A stretch of DNA of 52,947 nucleotides, taken from the NCBI GenBank assembly GCA_964657445.1, contig CAZZVB010000002.1:5179-58125 (forward strand), read 5' to 3'. Position 1 is the stretch's first letter, and the number at the start of each line of letters is the position of its first letter. The notes under the pieces are model-generated. The model did no database searches, was not told the DNA's origin, and saw only the letters and a program-made list of their open reading frames with translations. The translations under genes were made by a program, and so were the position numbers. Positions 10,554 through 18,614 of the stretch are shown here, piece after piece. The stretch comes from an uncultured Burkholderiaceae bacterium. Lineage in GTDB: Bacteria > Pseudomonadota > Alphaproteobacteria > Acetobacterales > Acetobacteraceae.

Positions 10554-10582
10554 AGGGTCAACTGCCTTGGGCCCTATCTTTT
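10554..10582 (+). terminator. Possible intrinsic terminator of the ABC operon
   Basis: AGGGTCAA...TTGGGCCCT imperfect stem followed by ATCTTTT. Confidence 0.35.
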
Positions 10583-10689
10583 GGCGTCGGAGTGATCGGC
10601 CGGTGGACTAGGACGACAGGCTTCTCGCAAATTATGAATTGCTAAACATAGAGACCCTGATGAGTGTCCATCCTCATTAGGGTTTTCTG

Positions 10690-10944
10690 ATGCTCAAATC
10701 AGCTCTTGCGGCCGGCTTCCTTGTCTCCGTAGTTCAATCGGCAGCCTTTGCGGCCTGCACGGCGGACGACGCCATGACAAAGGCGTCGGACATCTCCGAA
10801 GTGCTTATGCCGAAGCTTTCGTCCAAGCCCGATGAAGCCTCCAAGCTCATGTCCGAAATGGGTGATGCGACCGGTGATGGCGCGGTAACGGCACAGACAT
10901 GCAACAAGCTGGATGCGCTGCTGGCGCGCGCCAAGCAGCTTTGA
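10690..10944 (+). CDS. Small secreted helical protein with two Cys (hypothetical)
   Basis: Signal peptide ending AFA-A; mature CTADDA...TCNKLD suggests one disulfide. Confidence 0.7.
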   Translation: MLKSALAAGFLVSVVQSAAFAACTADDAMTKASDISEVLMPKLSSKPDEASKLMSEMGDATGDGAVTAQTCNKLDALLARAKQL

Positions 10945-10965
10945 ACCGCCACTGGAGTGCACCTG

Positions 10966-11454
10966 ATGCGTAAGATCCTGATTTTGGCAGCGTTGGGCTT
11001 CTTTGCTGCCCATCCCGTCATGGCAAAGACGTTCGAATTGCCGGACGCCAACCCGGCCGTCAGCGTCATGCTTCCGAATAGCTGGAAGCCGAGCGAGGTC
11101 GATACAGGCGTCGAGGCGACATCGCCTGACGGCGAGACCTACGTCGCCCTCGAAACTGCAACGGCAAAGAGCATGGAGTCGCTGATCAGCGACGATATCG
11201 ATTTCCTGACCGAGCAGGGCGTGAAGATCGACAAGTCCACCCAGCAGACCCACGACACGACACAGAACGGCATGCCGGTCTCGTTCTTGCGCTGGTCCGG
11301 CAAGGACAAGGACGGGCCGACCAATGTCACGCTTGGGATTTTCGCGGTGTCCAACAACCTGATCCTGTTGATGACCGCATGGTCCTCACCGGCCGGCGAG
11401 AAAACCCACAGCGCCGAACTGGACCAGATCGTCTCCAGCATCAAGCCGCGCTGA
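10966..11454 (+). CDS. Secreted hypothetical protein (possibly PsbP/DcrB-like fold)
   Basis: GGAG RBS; signal peptide ending VMA-K; xPxxW motif and C-terminal IVSSIKP; strongly biased codons. Confidence 0.7.
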   Translation: MRKILILAALGFFAAHPVMAKTFELPDANPAVSVMLPNSWKPSEVDTGVEATSPDGETYVALETATAKSMESLISDDIDFLTEQGVKIDKSTQQTHDTTQNGMPVSFLRWSGKDKDGPTNVTLGIFAVSNNLILLMTAWSSPAGEKTHSAELDQIVSSIKPR

Positions 11455-11464
11455 TCCGGCCATC

Positions 11465-11500
11465 CCGCCATGCTCATGCTCATGCTCCTGAGCATGGCGG
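11465..11500. terminator. Perfect 12-bp hairpin containing a CATGCT tandem repeat
   Basis: CCGCCATGCTCA (11465-11476) / TGAGCATGGCGG (11489-11500), just after a stop codon; no U-tract. Confidence 0.5.
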
Positions 11501-11600
11501 CCGGCTAGAAGTGACGCCCACGAATATCGGCTGCAGCCAAACTCGAGGTATTTTCCCCAACGGGTTTCCCGCCACGCCGCAGTAGCGCATCTTGCGCATC

Positions 11601-13496
11601 ATGGACCGTTCTACCGCCGAGTGGCTTGAACCCGACGGAGCAGGTGGGTTCGCATCCGGCACCGTCGGGTTGGTTCGCACCCGCCGATACCACGCGCTGT
11701 TGCTGGCCACGGACGGATCGCCGTCCAACCGGTTCGTGCTGGTGAACGGGATCGAGACGTGGGTCGACACTATGACCGGCCGCTACCCGCTCAGCAGCCA
11801 GGCCTACGGCGGCGGTGTGGTGTTCCCCGACGGCCGCGACCACATCCGTGAATTCAGCGCCGACCCTTGGCCGCGCTGGCGCTTCATCCTGCCGGACGGG
11901 ACCGAGATCAGGCACGAGGTCTTCGTCGCCCGGCCCGGCGGGCAGGTCGTGCTGCGATGGTGGGCGGACCAGCCGGTGCGTCTGACGGTGCGCCCGCTGC
12001 TCTCAGGGCGCTTCTATCACGCGCTGCACCACGAGAACCCGGCGTTCGATTTCACCACCCATCGGGACGGTGAGGCGCTCATTTGGCGCCCCTATCCCGG
12101 TATTCCCGCCATAACCGCCTTGGGTACATTCAACTGGGCGGACGACGCAGAGTGGTTCCGCAACTTCTCCTACGCCGAGGAGGTCGCGCGCGGGCTGGAT
12201 GACGGGGAAGACCTCGCCTCACCCGGTCTGTTCACCTGCGACCTGGCCGGCGACAGTGCAGAGACGGCCGATCTGGTGCTGCGCGCCGGGGCGCCGGACG
12301 CGGCAACGCCCGACGCATTGCACACGCAGGAGCATGAACGCCGCAGCCGGCCGGTGCGTGATGTCGCGGCCGATTGCTACCTGGCGGCCCGTGGCGACGG
12401 GCAGACCGTCCTCGCCGGGTTCCCTTGGTTCACCGACTGGGGACGCGACACCTTCATCGCGCTGCGTGGCTTGCTGATCATCCGTGGCCGGCTTGTCGAA
12501 GCGGCGGAGATCCTGCTGGCATGGTCGGCCCTGGTGAGTGAGGGGATGCTGCCCAACCGTTTCCCCGATGGCGATGGCGCGCCGGAGTACAACGCGGCCG
12601 ATGCCTCGCTCTGGTTCATCGTCGCCGTCCATGAGCTGATCGAGGCCGGCGGCGCATCGCGGGCCGTTGTGATGCATTTGCAGGCTGCGGCGACAGCGAT
12701 CCTCGAAGGCTATAGCGCCGGCACCCGGTTCGGCATTGCACTCGACCCGGCGGACGGATTGCTCCGGGCGGGCGTGCCAGGCGTGCAACTCACCTGGATG
12801 GACGCCAAGATCGGCGACGAGGTCATCACCCCGCGCATCGGCAAACCGGTTGAACTCCAGGCGCTCTGGGTCAACGCTCTGGCGATTGCAGGGCGCTGGC
12901 CAGATGGCGACCGCTGGGTGGCCATGGCGCTGCAGGCCCGCGGCAGCGTTGTGGCGCTGTTCCCCGACAAGGCCACCGGCGGGTTGATCGATGTGTTGGA
13001 TGCGGACGGCGTGCCCGGCGCGCGAGACCGCACAATCCGTCCGAACCAGGTGCTTGCGGCGGGCGGGTTGCCCATCCCCGTGCTGACGCCGCGCCTGATC
13101 GCCGGCGTGGTGGCCGTGGCCGAAGCCAAACTGCTGACGCCGCTCGGCCTGCGCACCCTCGCCCCGGACGACCCGGCCTATCGCGGCCGCTACGCAGGCG
13201 GTCCGCGGGCGCGCGACGAAGCCTATCATCAGGGCACGGTTTGGCCGTGGCTGCTCGGGCCGTTCGTGGCAAGCTGGCTCACAGTACACGGCGGCACGGC
13301 GGAAGCGAAAGCCGAAGCGCGCACCCGCTTCCTAGCCCCACTGACCGCGCATCTTCATAGTTTTGGCATCGGCCATGTGTCAGAGGTCGCCGACGGCGAT
13401 GCGCCGCATTTGCCGGGCGGTTGCCCGTTCCAGGCCTGGTCGCTTGGCGAGCTGATCAGGATCGAGGCGATGTTAGGAGAGTCCGATGGACGCTGA
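11601..13496 (+). CDS. Amylo-alpha-1,6-glucosidase / glycogen debranching enzyme (GDE_N + GDE_C)
   Basis: EWLEPDGAGGFASGT, TRRYHALL, AGFPWFTDWGRDTFI, LTWMDA, YHQGTVWPWL, GCPFQAWS. Confidence 0.9.
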   Translation: MDRSTAEWLEPDGAGGFASGTVGLVRTRRYHALLLATDGSPSNRFVLVNGIETWVDTMTGRYPLSSQAYGGGVVFPDGRDHIREFSADPWPRWRFILPDGTEIRHEVFVARPGGQVVLRWWADQPVRLTVRPLLSGRFYHALHHENPAFDFTTHRDGEALIWRPYPGIPAITALGTFNWADDAEWFRNFSYAEEVARGLDDGEDLASPGLFTCDLAGDSAETADLVLRAGAPDAATPDALHTQEHERRSRPVRDVAADCYLAARGDGQTVLAGFPWFTDWGRDTFIALRGLLIIRGRLVEAAEILLAWSALVSEGMLPNRFPDGDGAPEYNAADASLWFIVAVHELIEAGGASRAVVMHLQAAATAILEGYSAGTRFGIALDPADGLLRAGVPGVQLTWMDAKIGDEVITPRIGKPVELQALWVNALAIAGRWPDGDRWVAMALQARGSVVALFPDKATGGLIDVLDADGVPGARDRTIRPNQVLAAGGLPIPVLTPRLIAGVVAVAEAKLLTPLGLRTLAPDDPAYRGRYAGGPRARDEAYHQGTVWPWLLGPFVASWLTVHGGTAEAKAEARTRFLAPLTAHLHSFGIGHVSEVADGDAPHLPGGCPFQAWSLGELIRIEAMLGESDGR

Positions 13497-16203
13497 TCCG
13501 ATGTTCGACACTGCCGAGGGCCGCCGTCTGAAGGCGATCGAACGCGGCGAGGATTGGCGGCGCTGGGGGCCTTACCTGAGCGAGCGGCAATGGGGCACGG
13601 TGCGGGAGGATTACAGCGCCGGCGGCACCGCCTGGGACTATCTGCCGCACGACCAAGCCCGCAGCCGCGCCTACCGCTGGGGCGAAGACGGGCTCGCCGG
13701 GTTTGCGGACGACAAACTGCGCTGGTGCCTGGGCCTGGCCCTGTGGAACGAGCACGACCCGATCCTGAAGGAGCGCCTATTCGGACTGACCAACGCCCAG
13801 GGCAACCATGGCGAGGATGTCAAGGAACTCTATTACTTCCTCGATGGCACGCCGACGCACAGCTACATGCGGATGCTTTATAAATACCCGCAGGCGGCGT
13901 TCCCGTATGACCAGCTTGTCGCGGAAAATGCCAAACGCGGCACCGCCGACCGTGAGTTCGAGCTGGTTGACACGGGGGTGTTCAACGAACGGCGCTACTT
14001 CGATGTGGAAGTGGAGTACGCCAAGGCATCCACCGACGACATCCTGATGCAGATCACCGTGCACAATCGCGGGCCAGAAACCGCTCCGTTGCACGTGCTG
14101 CCGCAGCTGTGGTCGCGTAATACCTGGACCTGGTTTCCCGGCCGGCCGAAGCCGCTGCTGTCGTTGCAAGGAAACGCTGTTCGGGCTGAGCACCCGGCGT
14201 TGGCGCGTACCCGCGTCTGCGAGGTGGATGCTGACGCGGAATGGATGTTTTGCGAGAACGAAACCAACTTCAACCGGCTCTATGGCGTCAGCACCAAAGG
14301 CTTCTTCAAGGACGGTATCAACCAGCGCGTCGTCCATGGCGATCTGGACGCGGTCAACCCACTGCACCGCGGGACCAAATGTGCCGCGCATGTCCGCTTT
14401 GATGTGCCGGCCGGCGGCCAGGCCCGCGTGCGGTTGCGGCTACGGCCGGAGGAGATGCGCGGCGCGACCGGTGACGGCTTCGCCTACTTCGATGACGTCA
14501 TGGAGTCCCGCCGGGCAGACGCCGACGGCTACTACGCCGAAGTGCAGCGCGACATGCCTGACCCGGATGCGAAGCTGGTGCAGCGCCAGGCCTTCGCCGG
14601 GATGCTGTGGTCCAAGCAGTTCTACGCATTGGACGTGCGCCGCTGGCAGGACGGCGATGCCGGTCAACCGGCGCCACCCCCGGGGCGCCGCGAAGGCCGC
14701 AACGCCGACTGGCGGCACATCGACAATGCGGACGTCATCTCCATGCCCGACGCATGGGAGTATCCCTGGTATGCCGCTTGGGACCTGGCCTTCCATTGCG
14801 TCACCTTCGCACTGATCGACCCAGCCTTCGCCAAGGCGCAGTTGCTGCTGCTGATGCGGGAGCGCTACATGCACCCGAATGGTCAGTTGCCGGCCTACGA
14901 GTGGGCCTTCGGCGACGCCAATCCACCGGTGCACGCCTGGGCCGTCATCCGCGTGTTCCAAATGGACCGCATCCTGTCCGGGCAGCCGGACCGGCGCTTC
15001 CTCGAAATGACGTTCCACAAGCTGCTGCTGAACTTCACCTGGTGGGTGAACCGCAAGGACGCGAACGACCGCAACATCTTCCAGGGCGGTTTCCTCGGGC
15101 TGGACAACATCTCCATCTTCGACCGGTCGAACCCGCTGCCCACCGGCGGCAGTATCGACCAGTCGGACGGCACCGCCTGGATGGCGATGTTCACGCTGAA
15201 CATGATGCGGATTTCGCTCGAACTGGCGATCGAAGACGATTCGTATCAGGACATGGCGACCAAGTTCTTCGAGCACTTCCTCTACATCGCCGAAGCCATG
15301 ACGATGGCCGGCGGCATCGGCTTGTGGGACAGTCAGGACCAGTTCTTCTACGACGTGCTGCACTTGCCCGACGGCGAGACGATCCCGATGCGGGTGCGTT
15401 CTATCGTCGGCCTGATCCCGCTGTTCGCGGTGGAAGTGATCGGCAGCCGGGCGTTCGAGGCGCTGCCTGAATTCAGTGAGCGTCTGCAATACTTCCTGAA
15501 CGATCGGCCGGACCTCGCTGCGCTGATCTCCCGCTGGAACGAGTCCGGCACCGGGGAGCGGCATTTGCTGTCGCTGCTGCGCGGCCACCGGATGAAGATG
15601 CTGCTGCGGCGGATGCTGGATACGTCGGAGTTCCTCTCGCCATACGGGGTACGCGCGCTCTCCAAGTTCCATGAGGCGCAACCTTACGTACTACATGTCG
15701 GCAGCTCGCAATTCAGCATTGGCTACGAACCCGGCGAGGGTGTCAGCCATGCATTCGGCGGCAACTCCAACTGGCGTGGCCCGGTGTGGATGCCGGTGAA
15801 CATCCTGCTGGTGGACAGCCTCAGGGAGTTCCACCGCTACTATGGCGATGACTTCCGGGTCGAATGCCCCGTCGGCTCGGGGATGATGATGTCGCTGAAG
15901 GAAGTGGCGGAGATGCTGGCGAGCCGGCTGAAGGGGCTGTTCCTACGCGGCGCCGATGGCCGCCGGCCGTTCCTGGGTGACGACGATCTGTCACAGTCCG
16001 ACCCGGAGTTCCGCGACCACATGCTTTTCCACGAGTATTTCCACGGCGACACCGGCCGCGGTCTGGGCGCTTCCCATCAGACTGGCTGGACCGGCTGCAT
16101 CGCCCTGCTGCTTGCCGGCCCGGACAGCGCCTGGGCCAAGACGACGGCGCAACACCCCCACGCGACCGCTTCCGCACTGAACGGCAAGGTGGAGGCGGTC
16201 TAG
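13486..16203 (+). CDS. MGH1-like glycoside hydrolase (GH63-related glucosidase)
   Basis: WGPYLSERQWGTVREDYS, WEYPWYAAWDLAFH, GGNSNWRGPVW, EYFHGDTGRGLGASHQTGWT; AGGAGA RBS inside the upstream gene. Confidence 0.9.
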   Translation: MDADPMFDTAEGRRLKAIERGEDWRRWGPYLSERQWGTVREDYSAGGTAWDYLPHDQARSRAYRWGEDGLAGFADDKLRWCLGLALWNEHDPILKERLFGLTNAQGNHGEDVKELYYFLDGTPTHSYMRMLYKYPQAAFPYDQLVAENAKRGTADREFELVDTGVFNERRYFDVEVEYAKASTDDILMQITVHNRGPETAPLHVLPQLWSRNTWTWFPGRPKPLLSLQGNAVRAEHPALARTRVCEVDADAEWMFCENETNFNRLYGVSTKGFFKDGINQRVVHGDLDAVNPLHRGTKCAAHVRFDVPAGGQARVRLRLRPEEMRGATGDGFAYFDDVMESRRADADGYYAEVQRDMPDPDAKLVQRQAFAGMLWSKQFYALDVRRWQDGDAGQPAPPPGRREGRNADWRHIDNADVISMPDAWEYPWYAAWDLAFHCVTFALIDPAFAKAQLLLLMRERYMHPNGQLPAYEWAFGDANPPVHAWAVIRVFQMDRILSGQPDRRFLEMTFHKLLLNFTWWVNRKDANDRNIFQGGFLGLDNISIFDRSNPLPTGGSIDQSDGTAWMAMFTLNMMRISLELAIEDDSYQDMATKFFEHFLYIAEAMTMAGGIGLWDSQDQFFYDVLHLPDGETIPMRVRSIVGLIPLFAVEVIGSRAFEALPEFSERLQYFLNDRPDLAALISRWNESGTGERHLLSLLRGHRMKMLLRRMLDTSEFLSPYGVRALSKFHEAQPYVLHVGSSQFSIGYEPGEGVSHAFGGNSNWRGPVWMPVNILLVDSLREFHRYYGDDFRVECPVGSGMMMSLKEVAEMLASRLKGLFLRGADGRRPFLGDDDLSQSDPEFRDHMLFHEYFHGDTGRGLGASHQTGWTGCIALLLAGPDSAWAKTTAQHPHATASALNGKVEAV

Positions 16204-16306
16204 GTAAGCCATCGCCGACAGGGCACCAGAAAGGGCGAGCCGCCTTCTCAGCGGCAAAAGCATCCTGGTTGCGAAACCAACGTGTTCGGGCATACATGGC
16301 TCGCTG

Positions 16307-16693
16307 ATGCGAACCCGGGCCCACCCTATCCGAGCTGGCCTTATGGCGTGGCTGTTTGCCGCGTTGGCTGTGCTTGGGCAGATCACGAATGTCGGCGCCG
16401 TGCCGACAGATATGGATGCCGCTGGGCTGCCGGGCTTTGGCGTCATCTGCAGCAGCGACCATCCCGCCTCTCCAGACGAACACCCGGCCCACCATCGTCA
16501 CACCATGGACTGCACCGTCTGCCCGCTTTGTGCGTCGGCTGCAGTGAATGTGGCGCTGCCCGCGCCGGTCGCGTTCGTGCCTGCGCGGCCGCCTGTTATC
16601 GCCGCGTCTCCGGCCTTGCCGCCACCAGCCCGTGCGCCACCTGGCGCAAATTATCGTCCTGGACGCCCCAGGGGACCGCCCAGCCTTACCTGA
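16307..16693 (+). CDS. DUF2946-type (CruR/CutF-like) copper-responsive leader protein
   Basis: N-terminal hydrophobic segment, VICS, HHRH, CTVCPLC, Pro-rich C-terminus with ARAPP and PRGPP; heads a copper operon. Confidence 0.8.
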   Translation: MRTRAHPIRAGLMAWLFAALAVLGQITNVGAVPTDMDAAGLPGFGVICSSDHPASPDEHPAHHRHTMDCTVCPLCASAAVNVALPAPVAFVPARPPVIAASPALPPPARAPPGANYRPGRPRGPPSLT

Positions 16694-16700
16694 TTTCACC

Positions 16701-16749
16701 TGCCTTGCAGCACCGGCACGTCCGGTTTTGGTGTTTTCTAGTAAAGGCC
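16701..16749 (+). promoter_or_regulatory. Stem-loop predicted to sequester the SD of the downstream outer-membrane protein gene
   Basis: GCCTT (16702-16706) pairs with AAGGC (16744-16748), overlapping SD AAAGG (16743-16747); inner CACC/GGTG pairing. Confidence 0.5.
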
Positions 16750-16756
16750 ATCATCC

Positions 16757-17728
16757 ATGTTCAGAACGGCGGCCGCTGCCATAGCGGCGGTATGCACATG
16801 CCTCTCCGCGCCTGCGTTCGCGCACGTCATCGCAGGCAACCGCGTCTTTCCCGTCACGCTCACAGTCGACGACCCCGGCGTGGCCGACGAGGTCTCGTTA
16901 CCCGCCTTTCAATATACTCGCGACGGCATCGACAGTAGCGGCAGAGGACCCACGCACCAGTTCGCGTTCGGGTTCGAGTACGACAAGACGATTACCAGCA
17001 ACACGGCGCTGATCGTCAACGACGGCTACACGGTCCAGCATCTCAACGGCGCAAAGACACAGGCTGGTTGGCAGAACCTGGTCATCACCGGCAAGTGGCA
17101 GGCCTACACCAACGCGGAGCACGAGTTCGTCGCGTCGCTCGGCATCATTCGCGGGATTGGTGGAACCTCGACAGAGCATATCGGCGGCGACAAGTTCGGA
17201 TCGACAGCGCCGACGGGATATTTCGGGAAAGGGTTTGGTGACATTCCAGTGCCGTTCCTGCGGCCGTTTGCAGTGACGGGCGAGCTCAGCTACGTCGTCG
17301 CCGACGTCAAGCTGAAGCAAATCCAGGTGCAGCCGCCGCTGAACGTCGCTTCAGCCCAGTCAACCGGGATCGCCAGTCAGTTCAACCTGGGGGCAAACAA
17401 TGCTTGGTCGGGCGGATTAACGGTTCAATACAGCCTGCCCTATCTGCAATCGCAGGTGAAGGATGTTGGCCTCGGCGGCTTCTTCGGCAATCTGATCCCG
17501 CTTGTCGAAATGACTTGGACATCGCCCGCGGGCAAGCCGAGCAACCTGGGTACGACATTCACCGCGGCGCCCGGCGTAATCTACCTCGCGCAATGGGGCG
17601 AGATCGGTGTCGAGGCCTTGATCCCGCTCAATCGCACCACCGGCACCACCCTGGGCGCTGTCGCCCTGGTCCATGTTTTCCTCGACGACCTGCTTCCGAA
17701 CACGCTCGGCAAGCCGATCTTCAACTGA
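16757..17728 (+). CDS. Hypothetical outer-membrane beta-barrel protein in the copper operon
   Basis: Signal peptide AFA-H; amphipathic strands (FAFGFEYDK, VITGKWQAY, LTVQYSL, IGVEALIPL); 323 aa, too short for a TonB receptor. Confidence 0.65.
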   Translation: MFRTAAAAIAAVCTCLSAPAFAHVIAGNRVFPVTLTVDDPGVADEVSLPAFQYTRDGIDSSGRGPTHQFAFGFEYDKTITSNTALIVNDGYTVQHLNGAKTQAGWQNLVITGKWQAYTNAEHEFVASLGIIRGIGGTSTEHIGGDKFGSTAPTGYFGKGFGDIPVPFLRPFAVTGELSYVVADVKLKQIQVQPPLNVASAQSTGIASQFNLGANNAWSGGLTVQYSLPYLQSQVKDVGLGGFFGNLIPLVEMTWTSPAGKPSNLGTTFTAAPGVIYLAQWGEIGVEALIPLNRTTGTTLGAVALVHVFLDDLLPNTLGKPIFN

Positions 17729-17739
17729 AAGACCGCACC

Positions 17740-18237
17740 ATGTTCACTCGATCCATTGTCCGCCTCACCGGAACCTTGACGGCCGTCATCGGCCTGGCGG
17801 GAGGCGCGGCCGCCCAGCAACCCGCCCCTATCGAGGCCACCAACGCCTGGAGCCGCGCCACGACACCAGGCATCGCGACAGGCAGCATTTACCTGACGCT
17901 GACCAGCCCGACGGGCGACAAGCTGGTCGGCATCACCAGCCCTGCGGCGGCCCATGCCGGCGTTCATGAGATGCAGATGGACGGCAACGTGATGAAGATG
18001 CGGGCCGTAGAAGGCGGCTTGGACTTGCCCCCAGGCAAGCCGGTCACGCTGAGCCCCGGCGGCTACCACATCATGCTCGAAGGCCTGAAAGCGCCGCTCA
18101 AGCAGGGTGCGACCGTCCCGGTTCACCTTACCTTTGACAAAGCGTCGCCCGTGGACATCGAAGCAAAGGTCCAGCCGATCGGATCGTCGGGGCCGAAGCC
18201 CGTGGCGCCGGCAATGCCCGGCATGAAGATGAATTAG
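17740..18237 (+). CDS. Copper chaperone PCu(A)C
   Basis: AWSRAT, HEMQMDGNVMKMR...LSPGGYHIML motif; Met-rich tail MPGMKMN. Confidence 0.92.
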   Translation: MFTRSIVRLTGTLTAVIGLAGGAAAQQPAPIEATNAWSRATTPGIATGSIYLTLTSPTGDKLVGITSPAAAHAGVHEMQMDGNVMKMRAVEGGLDLPPGKPVTLSPGGYHIMLEGLKAPLKQGATVPVHLTFDKASPVDIEAKVQPIGSSGPKPVAPAMPGMKMN

Positions 18238-18241
18238 GTCC

Positions 18242-18601
18242 ATGCGCCCTATTCTCGTCTTCGCCGTGGTCTCCGGACTCGCTCTGACTGCCGGCAACGC
18301 GTCTGGCCATGCCTTCCTCAAAAGCGCCACACCGGGTGTCGGCAGCACGGTGCAACAGGCTCCGAGCGAGGTGGTGATCACCTTCACGGAGGGCATTGAG
18401 CCGAAATTCACCACCATCTCGGTGCAGGACGGCTCGGGCGCCGACGTCTCGGCCGGGAGCGTCCACTTGGTTGGCGGCGACACGCAACTAGCGGTCGGCC
18501 TAAAGGTGCTGCAGCCAGGCACCTACAAGGTGTTGTGGCACGCAATCGCGGTGGACACGCACAAGACGGAGGGCAGCTTCACCTTCACAGTAACCAAGTA
18601 G
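18242..18601 (+). CDS. copC: Periplasmic copper-binding protein CopC
   Basis: Mature N-terminus HAFLKSATP, FTEGIEP, PGTYKVLWH, VDTHKTEG. Confidence 0.92.
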   Translation: MRPILVFAVVSGLALTAGNASGHAFLKSATPGVGSTVQQAPSEVVITFTEGIEPKFTTISVQDGSGADVSAGSVHLVGGDTQLAVGLKVLQPGTYKVLWHAIAVDTHKTEGSFTFTVTK

Positions 18602-18614
18602 CCCGGTGGGCCTT

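Noticed and set aside
10657-10690. CTGATGAG resembles a hammerhead ribozyme core
   Set aside because: No GAAA after stem II and no stems I/III; a simple hairpin explains it.
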